DNA of 64,000 nucleotides from a virus. The notes under the pieces were generated by a model that saw only the letters and a program-made list of their open reading frames with translations, had not been told where the DNA came from and did no database searches. Position numbers and translations under genes: made by a program. The stretch covers positions 18,689-82,688 of IMG/VR virus record IMGVR_UViG_3300022918_000011; one strand, given 5' to 3'. Position 1 is the first letter of the stretch. Each line of letters opens with the position of its first letter. Of the stretch, positions 15,681 through 23,975 are shown in pieces.

Positions 15681-18542
15681 ATGATTTCTTACCTTCAGTT
15701 TAAGCCCGACAAGTCGGACAGGTGGAAGCCCTACACCGATGAGCAGCTGGCTAACAACAAGCTGCCATCGGCCCCGACCTTCCAAACCGTGCTGACGCTG
15801 GACCAGGACCCTGAAGCGCTGGCTGAGCAGGGCATCGACCCGGCCCAGACGGTCAAGTACCTGGGTCCAATGTATCTGGACTTCGACGATGCTAACGACA
15901 TCGACCGAGTGCTGGATGAAGTGCGCGCTGTACTGGATTTTCTGATCCACAAGCTGGACATCCCGGAACACTACATCAACTGCTGGTTGTCCGGCGGCAA
16001 GGGTGTGCATATCACCATTGCTCAGGAACTGTTTGGCGTTAAGTCAGCCACAAAGTTCCTCCCGCTGATCTACCGCGAGATCATGCTGACCATTCAGGAA
16101 GGCGCTGGCCTGCCGCGTGACAGCTCTATCGACGACAGCGTGTACAGCCTCGGCCGTGGCCGGATGTGGCGCTGCGAAGGCATACCTCGGCCAGGCAAGG
16201 GCACCTACAAGGTGGCCACCAGCCCGGACGAGCTGGCCCACATGGACGGCGAGCAGTACCAGATCTTGGTAGCTGCTGCCCGCCCAAACCTGCAGGTCAA
16301 GACACCAGGCAAAGAGATGGTGTCGATGAAGGCCGCGGAGCTGTTCAAGAAGGCCAAGGTCACCGCTGCCAAGCGTGTGCGGGCCATGTCCGAAGCCGTC
16401 ACCATCCCCAAAGAAGCACTGCGTCTCTGGGAAGGCGTGCCTGGCTGCATCGAACTGCTGATCACCGAGGGTGATCAGGCTGGGTCCAACTGGAATCAGG
16501 CAGCCATGCAGCTGGCCTCCTACATCGCTGCTCGTTACGAGCGGTCTGAGGAAGCCGAGTACACAACTGACCTGATCGATCCCTTCGTCAAGAATGTCCA
16601 GAGCAGCAGCCGCAGCAGTGAGGCCGAGCGCCGCAAGCACGTCAAGGAACAGCTGAACCGGACCTTCCGGGGCAACTTCAAGCTGTCACCTGGTGCAATC
16701 ATCGCGGTCATCGGCGGCAAGTGTGGCAACTGCCCCATCTGCCGCGCTGACATTGCCAGTGGCGACACGGAGCAGAGCGAAGACGGCGACGGGAAGTTTC
16801 ACCACGCCACCAAGATCGCCTGGGATGCAGACGGTTACTGGAAAGTGGGTGAGACAGGCCGCCGACAGCTGACAGCGTTCACCTTCTGGGCCACCTGCGA
16901 AGTCTTCCAGGCTACCGAGGGCAACCGCGAAGGGCCGCGTCTTGAGCTGCAGGGCTTCATCATCGACGACGCTGGACACAAGTTCGAAGAGAACATCAGC
17001 GAGAACGCCTGGGGTTCCAAGAAGGAGTTTCTGGCAGCGTTCAAGGGGCTGGGCGAGGCGCAGACATACTGCGGTGACGCGGATCTGCAGTACCTGCTCA
17101 AGGCAATCATGTACTTCTCTCGGCATGCAGCCGAGGACAAGGAGTTAGATAAAATGACCCGCAGCACTACCTGTGGGGTCGTTCTGGACCAGAAGGGTGG
17201 CAAGATCGTCCCTCACTACATCGAGGCAGACGGTGCTATTACCAACGTCGGGCGCAGCCATTACAAGTTCGACGGCCAGCCTGACCAGTCTCCTGACCTG
17301 CTCAGTATCCAGACCCCTGTTGCAAACGACACCGAGCTGGAAGTGGCGATCACATCGCTCTGCCAGATCAACGAGCCGGTCGCCGTGGCGCTGACCATGG
17401 GTTGGATGGTGGCCTGCCACTATCGCCAGCACATTCAGTTCGAGGAGCCGCAGTTTCCGCTGCTCAACCTCAACGGTAACGCTGGCAGCGGCAAGACCTC
17501 GATGGCCGTGCTGATGTGCATGCTCAACGGGATTGATTACGGCAAGGTGCCGTACATGAACGTCGAGGTGGGCACCATGTGGCCACTGATCCGCTACATC
17601 ACCTCGACCACCACCATCCCCCGGCTGGTGGAAGAGGTCAACCCGCTGACCTGCGGCAACAACTACGCCCGTGTCGTCGGCTTGTTCAAGGCTTCATGGA
17701 ACAAGGCGCCGGTGTCCCGCGGCATGCTACGAGACCGAGAGATGTCGGTCAACGATGACCGGGTCCAGGCCCCCATCGTCTTCACCAGCGAGCAAACGTC
17801 GACCAGCCCAGCCATCCGTGACCGGACAGTTGAAGTGACGCTCAAGGGTAAGACCCGCACCAACCCCAAGTACAAAGAGCATTACCAGAAGGCCATGGCC
17901 AGACGGCAGTCTCTGCTCGGGTTGGCCAAGGCGCTGCTGACGGTGTCGATGCACACTCACCCGAAGAAGCTGATGGAGATCTTCCGCAGCAAGGACAAGC
18001 TGATCAAGGAACAGATCGCCGATCGGCCCCGCTGGAGCTACCAGACCTGCCTGACAGGGCTGCACATGCTGGCCCACACCATGCGGGAGTTCAAGATCAA
18101 GGGTGTCGAGGAAGTCGAGAAGCTGGAAGCGGCACTGGTCGCCTACCTGGGCGGCGTTGTTGTCGACGAGAGCCGCAGCAAGTCAGCGTCTGAAGTCGGC
18201 AAGGTGTTGGAAGTGCTCAACACGCTGGCTGATGACACCGCTGAGCCTCGCGATGCGTTGGTGGCTGGCAAGCATTACTGGCTGCAGGGTGACAGCCTGT
18301 ACCTGGTAGCGCAGTCCTGCCATCCAAACTACCTGCGGTATATGCGCAGCATCGGTGAGCCGGCGGTCATTCGCCAGCTGGACCAGCTGACGAGGCTGCT
18401 CAGTGGTGAGGTCTACCATGTCCGCACCGAGCCGCACCCAGCCAAGAAGGCCGAAGTATTCGTTATCAGCCTGGAAAAGGCTGCCGAGTACGGGGCCTAC
18501 CTCAACAACTTTAAAGAAAGCGATTTCGACGGGAGAGAGTGA
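15681..18542 (+). CDS. bifunctional AEP-type primase / P-loop helicase
   Basis: YLDFD and SGGKGVH primase motifs; CGNCPIC; GNAGSGKT Walker A. Confidence 0.85.
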   Translation: MISYLQFKPDKSDRWKPYTDEQLANNKLPSAPTFQTVLTLDQDPEALAEQGIDPAQTVKYLGPMYLDFDDANDIDRVLDEVRAVLDFLIHKLDIPEHYINCWLSGGKGVHITIAQELFGVKSATKFLPLIYREIMLTIQEGAGLPRDSSIDDSVYSLGRGRMWRCEGIPRPGKGTYKVATSPDELAHMDGEQYQILVAAARPNLQVKTPGKEMVSMKAAELFKKAKVTAAKRVRAMSEAVTIPKEALRLWEGVPGCIELLITEGDQAGSNWNQAAMQLASYIAARYERSEEAEYTTDLIDPFVKNVQSSSRSSEAERRKHVKEQLNRTFRGNFKLSPGAIIAVIGGKCGNCPICRADIASGDTEQSEDGDGKFHHATKIAWDADGYWKVGETGRRQLTAFTFWATCEVFQATEGNREGPRLELQGFIIDDAGHKFEENISENAWGSKKEFLAAFKGLGEAQTYCGDADLQYLLKAIMYFSRHAAEDKELDKMTRSTTCGVVLDQKGGKIVPHYIEADGAITNVGRSHYKFDGQPDQSPDLLSIQTPVANDTELEVAITSLCQINEPVAVALTMGWMVACHYRQHIQFEEPQFPLLNLNGNAGSGKTSMAVLMCMLNGIDYGKVPYMNVEVGTMWPLIRYITSTTTIPRLVEEVNPLTCGNNYARVVGLFKASWNKAPVSRGMLRDREMSVNDDRVQAPIVFTSEQTSTSPAIRDRTVEVTLKGKTRTNPKYKEHYQKAMARRQSLLGLAKALLTVSMHTHPKKLMEIFRSKDKLIKEQIADRPRWSYQTCLTGLHMLAHTMREFKIKGVEEVEKLEAALVAYLGGVVVDESRSKSASEVGKVLEVLNTLADDTAEPRDALVAGKHYWLQGDSLYLVAQSCHPNYLRYMRSIGEPAVIRQLDQLTRLLSGEVYHVRTEPHPAKKAEVFVISLEKAAEYGAYLNNFKESDFDGRE

Positions 18543-18781
18543 TGCAAGTTGACATGACAGAGGTGTGCGCTGACCCCGTGGACCGAGCCAGCCTGGAGGA
18601 GCAGCGCAACCTGCAGCTCAACATCCAGGCAGCGTTGGCCAAGACGGTCAAGGCCCTGCCCTACATCGGGCAGTGCTACAACTGTGACGAACTCCTCCCG
18701 CCAGGCAACCGGTTCTGCGATGCAGACTGCCGGGACGATCACCAGAAGCGTGAACGCAGCCGATCAGTGCGAGGGGTGTAG
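18539..18781 (+). CDS. TraR/DksA-like zinc-finger protein
   Basis: DPVDRAS (DxxDxA) coiled-coil tip plus CYNC...FCDADC zinc finger. Confidence 0.7.
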   Translation: MMQVDMTEVCADPVDRASLEEQRNLQLNIQAALAKTVKALPYIGQCYNCDELLPPGNRFCDADCRDDHQKRERSRSVRGV

Positions 18782-18783
18782 TC

Positions 18784-20463
18784 ATGGCTACGGCCAAACT
18801 GAGTGACCTAATGCTGTCGGTCGGGGTGCTTGATGCACCCGAGTGGTTCGACCAGATCGGGCTGCCTTTCTGGCCGATGCCACACCAGCTGGACATGGTG
18901 AAGACCTACCCCCGCAACATGCGCTTCCTCGATGCCGGCGAACCCGGCATCGGCAAGACGTTTCCAGCGCAGATCCACGCCATCTTGATGGCAGCGTTGG
19001 GAAACAAGGTGGTGTTCACCATGCCGCCCAAGCTGATCCTTCAGTTTTACCGGGAGTTCTTCGCGTTCTTCGAGGGCATCGGGTCGAAGCTGAAGATCTG
19101 CCATATGGATGTGGGGGCCAAGGGCAAGCAGGACTTGATGGCTGACTGGGAAGCCAATGGCTGGCCAGACATCCTGATCGTCAGCTACGGCACCTTCAGG
19201 CTGCTGAACGACCTGCACAGCGGGAAGAACATCGGCATGAACATGTGGAAGCTGCGCAAGAAGGACAGCATCGGCGCTCCGGACGAGTTCTCGACGCCGT
19301 ACTTCGACGCAGATGGCAACCCTGTCTCTCCCAAGTCGCAGCCCTACACCAAGGACGGACGCCGGATCGGCAAGGACGGCAAGGCGCCCAACCCGTACAA
19401 GCTGCTGCTGATGCGGCGCGGTTACCATGTGATGTTCTTCGACGAGGCTCACGCCCTGTGCGGGATGGATTCCATCCTGTCCAAGTCGGTGGCTGACATG
19501 TCCGAGGACCTGGGTGATGAGGTGGCCATCTACCTCATGACCGGAACGCCCATCCCGACCCACCTGCATGACGTCTACGGCATCATCAGGCTGATCAACC
19601 CTAAAGCGTACCAAGGCAAGGCGTCGTTCCTGCGCCAGCACTGCATCACCACGGAGTTCAACGTTCAGACGAATACGCCAGGCAAGACGCGGCGGATCAG
19701 CAGCATCGTCGACTACGTGGACACGGACAAGATCTACAACTCGCTCTGGCTCAACGCAAGTCGAGTGCAGAAGCGCGACGTGATCACCATCCCTGACCCG
19801 GTCATCAGCGAGGTGCCGGTGAAACTGACCGGGCCACACCGCAAGTTGTATCGGGACATCATCAAGAATCGGTTCGCCATTCTGGGTGACAGTGTTTTGG
19901 CGCCGGATAACCAGTCGCAGCTGCGGCACATGGCGCTGCAGCTGATCAGCTGCCCAGAGCACTACGGCTTTGTCGGGGTGAACGAGGTGGCTGTTGCAGC
20001 GGGTGAGTTGGTGGACAGCATTCGGCCCGCGCCGGATCGCAAGCTGATCATCTTCGCCTACTACAAGTCAGCCATGGAATCGCTGCAGAAACAGTTCGCC
20101 AGCTACAAACCGGCGGTGGTGTATGGCGCCACCAACGACAGCCAGGCAGAGATCGACAGGTTCAGCCAGGACCCGAACAGCTGCGTGCTGATCATCAACT
20201 GGATTTCTGGTGGCGCGGGCCTAAACTTGCAGATGGCCAACTACATCATGTTTTACGAATGCCCAACGTCTCCCAAGGACGCCAAGCAGGCCATCGCCCG
20301 GGCCGACAGGAAGGGCCAGCAGAAGATCGTCAACGTGTACTTCCTCCGGGTTCTGGACACGCTGTCGGATAAGAATTTCAAGGCTCTGCTCAAGAACGAG
20401 GCGAGCAATAACCGCGCGATCCGAGACAAACATGACCTGCTGCACGAGCTCATGATTGCCTGA
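18784..20463 (+). CDS. SNF2-like SF2 helicase
   Basis: GIGKT, FFDEAH, MTGTP, GAGLNLQ, QAIARADRKGQ. Confidence 0.9.
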   Translation: MATAKLSDLMLSVGVLDAPEWFDQIGLPFWPMPHQLDMVKTYPRNMRFLDAGEPGIGKTFPAQIHAILMAALGNKVVFTMPPKLILQFYREFFAFFEGIGSKLKICHMDVGAKGKQDLMADWEANGWPDILIVSYGTFRLLNDLHSGKNIGMNMWKLRKKDSIGAPDEFSTPYFDADGNPVSPKSQPYTKDGRRIGKDGKAPNPYKLLLMRRGYHVMFFDEAHALCGMDSILSKSVADMSEDLGDEVAIYLMTGTPIPTHLHDVYGIIRLINPKAYQGKASFLRQHCITTEFNVQTNTPGKTRRISSIVDYVDTDKIYNSLWLNASRVQKRDVITIPDPVISEVPVKLTGPHRKLYRDIIKNRFAILGDSVLAPDNQSQLRHMALQLISCPEHYGFVGVNEVAVAAGELVDSIRPAPDRKLIIFAYYKSAMESLQKQFASYKPAVVYGATNDSQAEIDRFSQDPNSCVLIINWISGGAGLNLQMANYIMFYECPTSPKDAKQAIARADRKGQQKIVNVYFLRVLDTLSDKNFKALLKNEASNNRAIRDKHDLLHELMIA

Positions 20464-20478
20464 CGGTGTTTCATGTTG

Positions 20479-20507
20479 TTGACAGTGTGTTAAGTCGTAG
20501 ATACAGT
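20479..20507 (+). promoter_or_regulatory. sigma70-like promoter TTGACA-N17-TACAGT
   Basis: Perfect -35 box, 17-nt spacer, AT-rich intergenic region. Confidence 0.7.
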
Positions 20508-20600
20508 TGCTCCAGTTCCAAACCTGCACCCCGGATAACACGGTGGGTGCCGATGAATCCCCAAAATTATTTCCAACCCAATCTGAATGAGATAACTATC

Positions 20601-21545
20601 ATGGCACTTCGCAAACCTTCAGTTACAGACGCAGTAAAAACCTCCACCGCAGCTGTGGTTGAGAAAGAGCCAGTGGTCAAGGCAGTGGAAACCAAGGCAG
20701 TTGAAACTGCAAAGGTCGACACCGCTGAAGTGAAAGACGATGCGCCGCTGGAAGGCGAGCTGGTCAATGACGCAGCCGACGCCGCCGCTGATGATGCAGC
20801 TGAGCCGGAAGTTGAAACCCCGGAAGTAGAAACCGAAGTTGTTGACGCTGAAGCCCAACCGGAAGCGGTCGCTGAAGCACTGGTTGAGTCTGCTGAATCG
20901 GGCAAGGCTGTTGCGGTGAAGCAGGAAAATACTGCGGTAGTCGCAAGCCCCAACGCGGTTCGCGGTGCGCTGGCACAGTTCAGCGAAGACCTGGCCAGCC
21001 AGGGCTATGAAGGCATGCAGCTAACCGGTATGTCGTTCGACCGTGTGAAGCTGCACGAGAATGACTTCAAGCTGGGCAGCGATGAGATCAGCCTGGGTCA
21101 GACTCTGGATGTTCAGATCATGTCGACCCGCCCTCTGTACATCGTGCGTCAGCACGACGGCAGCGGCGCTGAGATCTTCTACAGCTACGACAAGAACGGT
21201 CTACTGAACACCGATGGCTCCAGCGCCCAGGAAACTCTGGACAACTGGAAAGAAGACGGCTACGGCGTTGAAGGTTCCCCGCTGAACATCAAGGAATACA
21301 GCGAGGCCATGGCGCAAATCGTCGGTCGAGACGACGAGCACGAGGGCCTGATGGTCATGCTGTCGATCCCGCCAGCTTCCCGTAACCGCCTGGCTGGTGC
21401 GTTCGCTGTTGGTAGACAGCGTCTGAAGGTTGACCCGTCGAACCTGATCGTCCGCTGCAAGGTGGGCAACAAGATCGGCTCCGGCGAAGAAGCCTTCCGC
21501 CCTTGGGTGTTCACTGCCCACCGTGTCGCGGAAGCCGCTGAGTAA
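20601..21545 (+). CDS. putative ssDNA-binding protein with acidic low-complexity N-terminus
   Basis: Own promoter and terminator inside the replication module; codon style suggests high expression; function inferred from context. Confidence 0.5.
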   Translation: MALRKPSVTDAVKTSTAAVVEKEPVVKAVETKAVETAKVDTAEVKDDAPLEGELVNDAADAAADDAAEPEVETPEVETEVVDAEAQPEAVAEALVESAESGKAVAVKQENTAVVASPNAVRGALAQFSEDLASQGYEGMQLTGMSFDRVKLHENDFKLGSDEISLGQTLDVQIMSTRPLYIVRQHDGSGAEIFYSYDKNGLLNTDGSSAQETLDNWKEDGYGVEGSPLNIKEYSEAMAQIVGRDDEHEGLMVMLSIPPASRNRLAGAFAVGRQRLKVDPSNLIVRCKVGNKIGSGEEAFRPWVFTAHRVAEAAE

Positions 21546-21564
21546 TCAGCTGCTCTGAAGTGCG

Positions 21565-21593
21565 AACCCCGACTAGAAATAGTCGGGGTTTTT
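21565..21593 (+). terminator. intrinsic terminator
   Basis: CCCCGACTA-GAAA-TAGTCGGGG followed by TTTTT. Confidence 0.9.
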
Positions 21594-21622
21594 AATACCT
21601 AAAATTCCTTGGAAATCAAAGC

Positions 21623-22192
21623 ATGACCACTAAATTGACCGCTGAGCAGCTGCAGAAAATCACTGAAACCCCGTTCGACGTTATGGTCGACACGCTCGCC
21701 AAACCCGGCCAAGCGATCAAGGATACCCTGTCGTTCATCAAGTTCCTGAACCTGCTGCAGATCTGCACCAAGGTGATTGACAAGGGCAACGAGCTGGACA
21801 CCATCAAGAAGGCCGTCATCTACAACAAGGACGCCACGGCACTGCCGCAGTTCTTCCTGCCGAGCAGCCAGAAGCTGGCCGAAGCACACGACAGCCTGAC
21901 ACCTGAGCAGCTGCATCTGCTGCACATGGCGGTTGGCCTGGCCGGTGAAGCTGGCGAGATGCTGGAGCAGGTAGTGCGCCACATCCTCGGCGAGGCGCTG
22001 GACGAAGAGAACGTTGTGGAAGAAGCCGGCGATGCCACCTTCTACGTCGTGGGCCTGCTTAACGGCGTGAAGAAGTCCCTGGGTGAAGCGCTGCAGGCCA
22101 ACAAGTTGAAGCTGCTCGGCAAGCGTTACGCCTCCGGTGCATACAGCGACCAGCAAGCACAGGACCGGGCTGACAAACCCGCCGGCCAATGA
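21623..22192 (+). CDS. MazG-like nucleotide pyrophosphohydrolase
   Basis: GLAGEAGE...EEAGDATFY...N.LKL..RY. Confidence 0.8.
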   Translation: MTTKLTAEQLQKITETPFDVMVDTLAKPGQAIKDTLSFIKFLNLLQICTKVIDKGNELDTIKKAVIYNKDATALPQFFLPSSQKLAEAHDSLTPEQLHLLHMAVGLAGEAGEMLEQVVRHILGEALDEENVVEEAGDATFYVVGLLNGVKKSLGEALQANKLKLLGKRYASGAYSDQQAQDRADKPAGQ

Positions 22193-22452
22193 ACGAGTTC
22201 AACAGGCGCAAGGATGATCACCACGGGATCAAGAAGTTATTGCTCCTGGTCGTCTGCTTGTTGATCGGCAGCATCCTGGCTGCCGCCCTGATCGTCTGGG
22301 TTTACACAGAAGTCGATCGGGCACGGTGCGAGGCCAACGGTGACGAGACCGGCCGCGACACCCGTTACACCTTCCTCGTCGGCTGCATGGTCAAGCTTCC
22401 AGCTGGGAAATGGTTTCCACGGGAAGAAGTCCGGCAGATTCAGCGCAACTAA
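22189..22452 (+). CDS. small membrane-anchored protein
   Basis: Single hydrophobic segment, ATGA overlap. Confidence 0.7.
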   Translation: MNEFNRRKDDHHGIKKLLLLVVCLLIGSILAAALIVWVYTEVDRARCEANGDETGRDTRYTFLVGCMVKLPAGKWFPREEVRQIQRN

Positions 22453-22458
22453 ATTTAT

Positions 22459-22482
22459 GACCCGGCTTCGGCCGGGTCTTTT
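22459..22482 (+). terminator. intrinsic terminator
   Basis: GACCCGGC-TTCG-GCCGGGTC-TTTT. Confidence 0.9.
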
Positions 22483-22498
22483 GTTCTAAGGAATTGGC

Positions 22499-23134
22499 AT
22501 GAAAGCAGAACTCGTAGATTTTATGGGCACCGACCTGACAGTGGTTAACGCTGCCCGGGTGTCAATGGCCAAGCATAAAGACGTTCTCGACGCTGGCGAT
22601 GAGAAGCTGATCAGCTACCTGGCCTCGCATGGTCACTGGACCCCAGCGTCCCACCCGATGATCCAGATGCGCGAAACGGTACCGATCTTTGTGGCGCGGC
22701 AGCGGTTCAAGCACATGGTCGGGTTCACCTACAACGAAGTGTCCAGGCGCTATGTTGACGACACCCCTGAGTTCTACGTTCCCGACGTGTGGCGCAGCCG
22801 CCCGGACGGTAGCATCAAGCAAGGCAGCGCTGGAGCCCACCCCCGCAGTCACATGTGGTCAGCGGCTTACGACCTGTTCATCGACCAGTGTGTTGAGCTG
22901 TACGAGGGCATGATCGCTGACGGCGTGGCGCCAGAGCAGGCCCGCATGGTCTTGCCTCAGTCGATGCTGACCAGCTACTACGTCACAGGCAGCCTGTTTG
23001 CATGGGCTCGTGCGTACAAGCAGCGGGTCGATGCTCACGCCCAGCACGAGATTCAAGTGCTCGGGCACCAGTGGGGCGAGATCCTGAAACCGTTGTTCCC
23101 TGTCAGCTGGGCAGCGTTTGCGGAGGCAGCATGA
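22499..23134 (+). CDS. thyX: FAD-dependent thymidylate synthase
   Basis: VVNAARVS, GHWTP, PIFVARQRFKH...NEVSRRY, PEQARMVLPQ, AQHEI. Confidence 0.95.
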   Translation: MKAELVDFMGTDLTVVNAARVSMAKHKDVLDAGDEKLISYLASHGHWTPASHPMIQMRETVPIFVARQRFKHMVGFTYNEVSRRYVDDTPEFYVPDVWRSRPDGSIKQGSAGAHPRSHMWSAAYDLFIDQCVELYEGMIADGVAPEQARMVLPQSMLTSYYVTGSLFAWARAYKQRVDAHAQHEIQVLGHQWGEILKPLFPVSWAAFAEAA

Positions 23135-23694
23135 TCAAGCACGGCATCTCAATCGATCTCGAAACCCTTGGCCTGCACAACGACGCGCCGATCTTTGCCA
23201 TTGGCGCCTGCCGGTTCAACTATGACGGCAGCGATTGGGGAATTGGCCAAGGCCAGTATTTCTCCATGGAAGTGAACCCGGAGGGCCAAGGCCACCCGCA
23301 GGTCAGCAACCTGTTCTTCTGGCTGCAGAACGACACCCGACAGCTGTTCGCCAGCCAGTATGCTGACCCACTGGACGGCGTACTTCTGAAGCTGAACGAG
23401 TGGTTCGCTGACTTCGAAGGCAACATCTGGATCCGCGGCAATAAGGATTCGGTATGGCTGGAGTCGGCGTATGCCAGGCACCCAGGCATCAAACCACCGT
23501 TCCGCTACAACCAGTTCCGTGAGGTCCGCACGCTGATCGACTTCGCTCAGCAGGTGGTGCCGCATGACGAGCGGCTGAACCGAGGGTTCACGCTGCCCGA
23601 ACGCTGGGAGCAGGAACACGAGGCTCTGGACGACGCGCGGTACCAAGCCCGCTGCATCCAGGCTGTGTACAAAGCCTTCCCGATCAAGGAGTAA
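23131..23694 (+). CDS. DEDDh 3'-5' exonuclease (exoVIII-N/RNase AS-like)
   Basis: IDLETLG...IFAIGA...HEALDDARYQA. Confidence 0.85.
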   Translation: MIKHGISIDLETLGLHNDAPIFAIGACRFNYDGSDWGIGQGQYFSMEVNPEGQGHPQVSNLFFWLQNDTRQLFASQYADPLDGVLLKLNEWFADFEGNIWIRGNKDSVWLESAYARHPGIKPPFRYNQFREVRTLIDFAQQVVPHDERLNRGFTLPERWEQEHEALDDARYQARCIQAVYKAFPIKE

Positions 23695-23698
23695 CTAC

Positions 23699-23971
23699 AT
23701 GCGTCCATTGAAATTCACCCTCGACGGCGGACTGAACACGCTGACCTTGAAAGGTCGTTTGCACGGCCGTGGCCACCTCGCGTTCCAGCGTCGCAAACTG
23801 ACTTACTGGTCCACCGTGGTGGAGCGCGAGGAAGAGAGCACCTACATTCTCTTTGTCGCTGCAACCGGCGAAGAACTACCGGCTGGCTACAACGTTGAGT
23901 ACCTGGGTACCGCGATGAGCACTGCCGAAGACATCGTGCTCCACCTGTACCGTCTGGACCCAAAGGAGTAA
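23699..23971 (+). CDS. conserved small phage protein
   Basis: AAGGAG RBS; ATGEELP...YLGT...VLHLY pattern. Confidence 0.7.
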   Translation: MRPLKFTLDGGLNTLTLKGRLHGRGHLAFQRRKLTYWSTVVEREEESTYILFVAATGEELPAGYNVEYLGTAMSTAEDIVLHLYRLDPKE

Positions 23972-23975
23972 CCCC

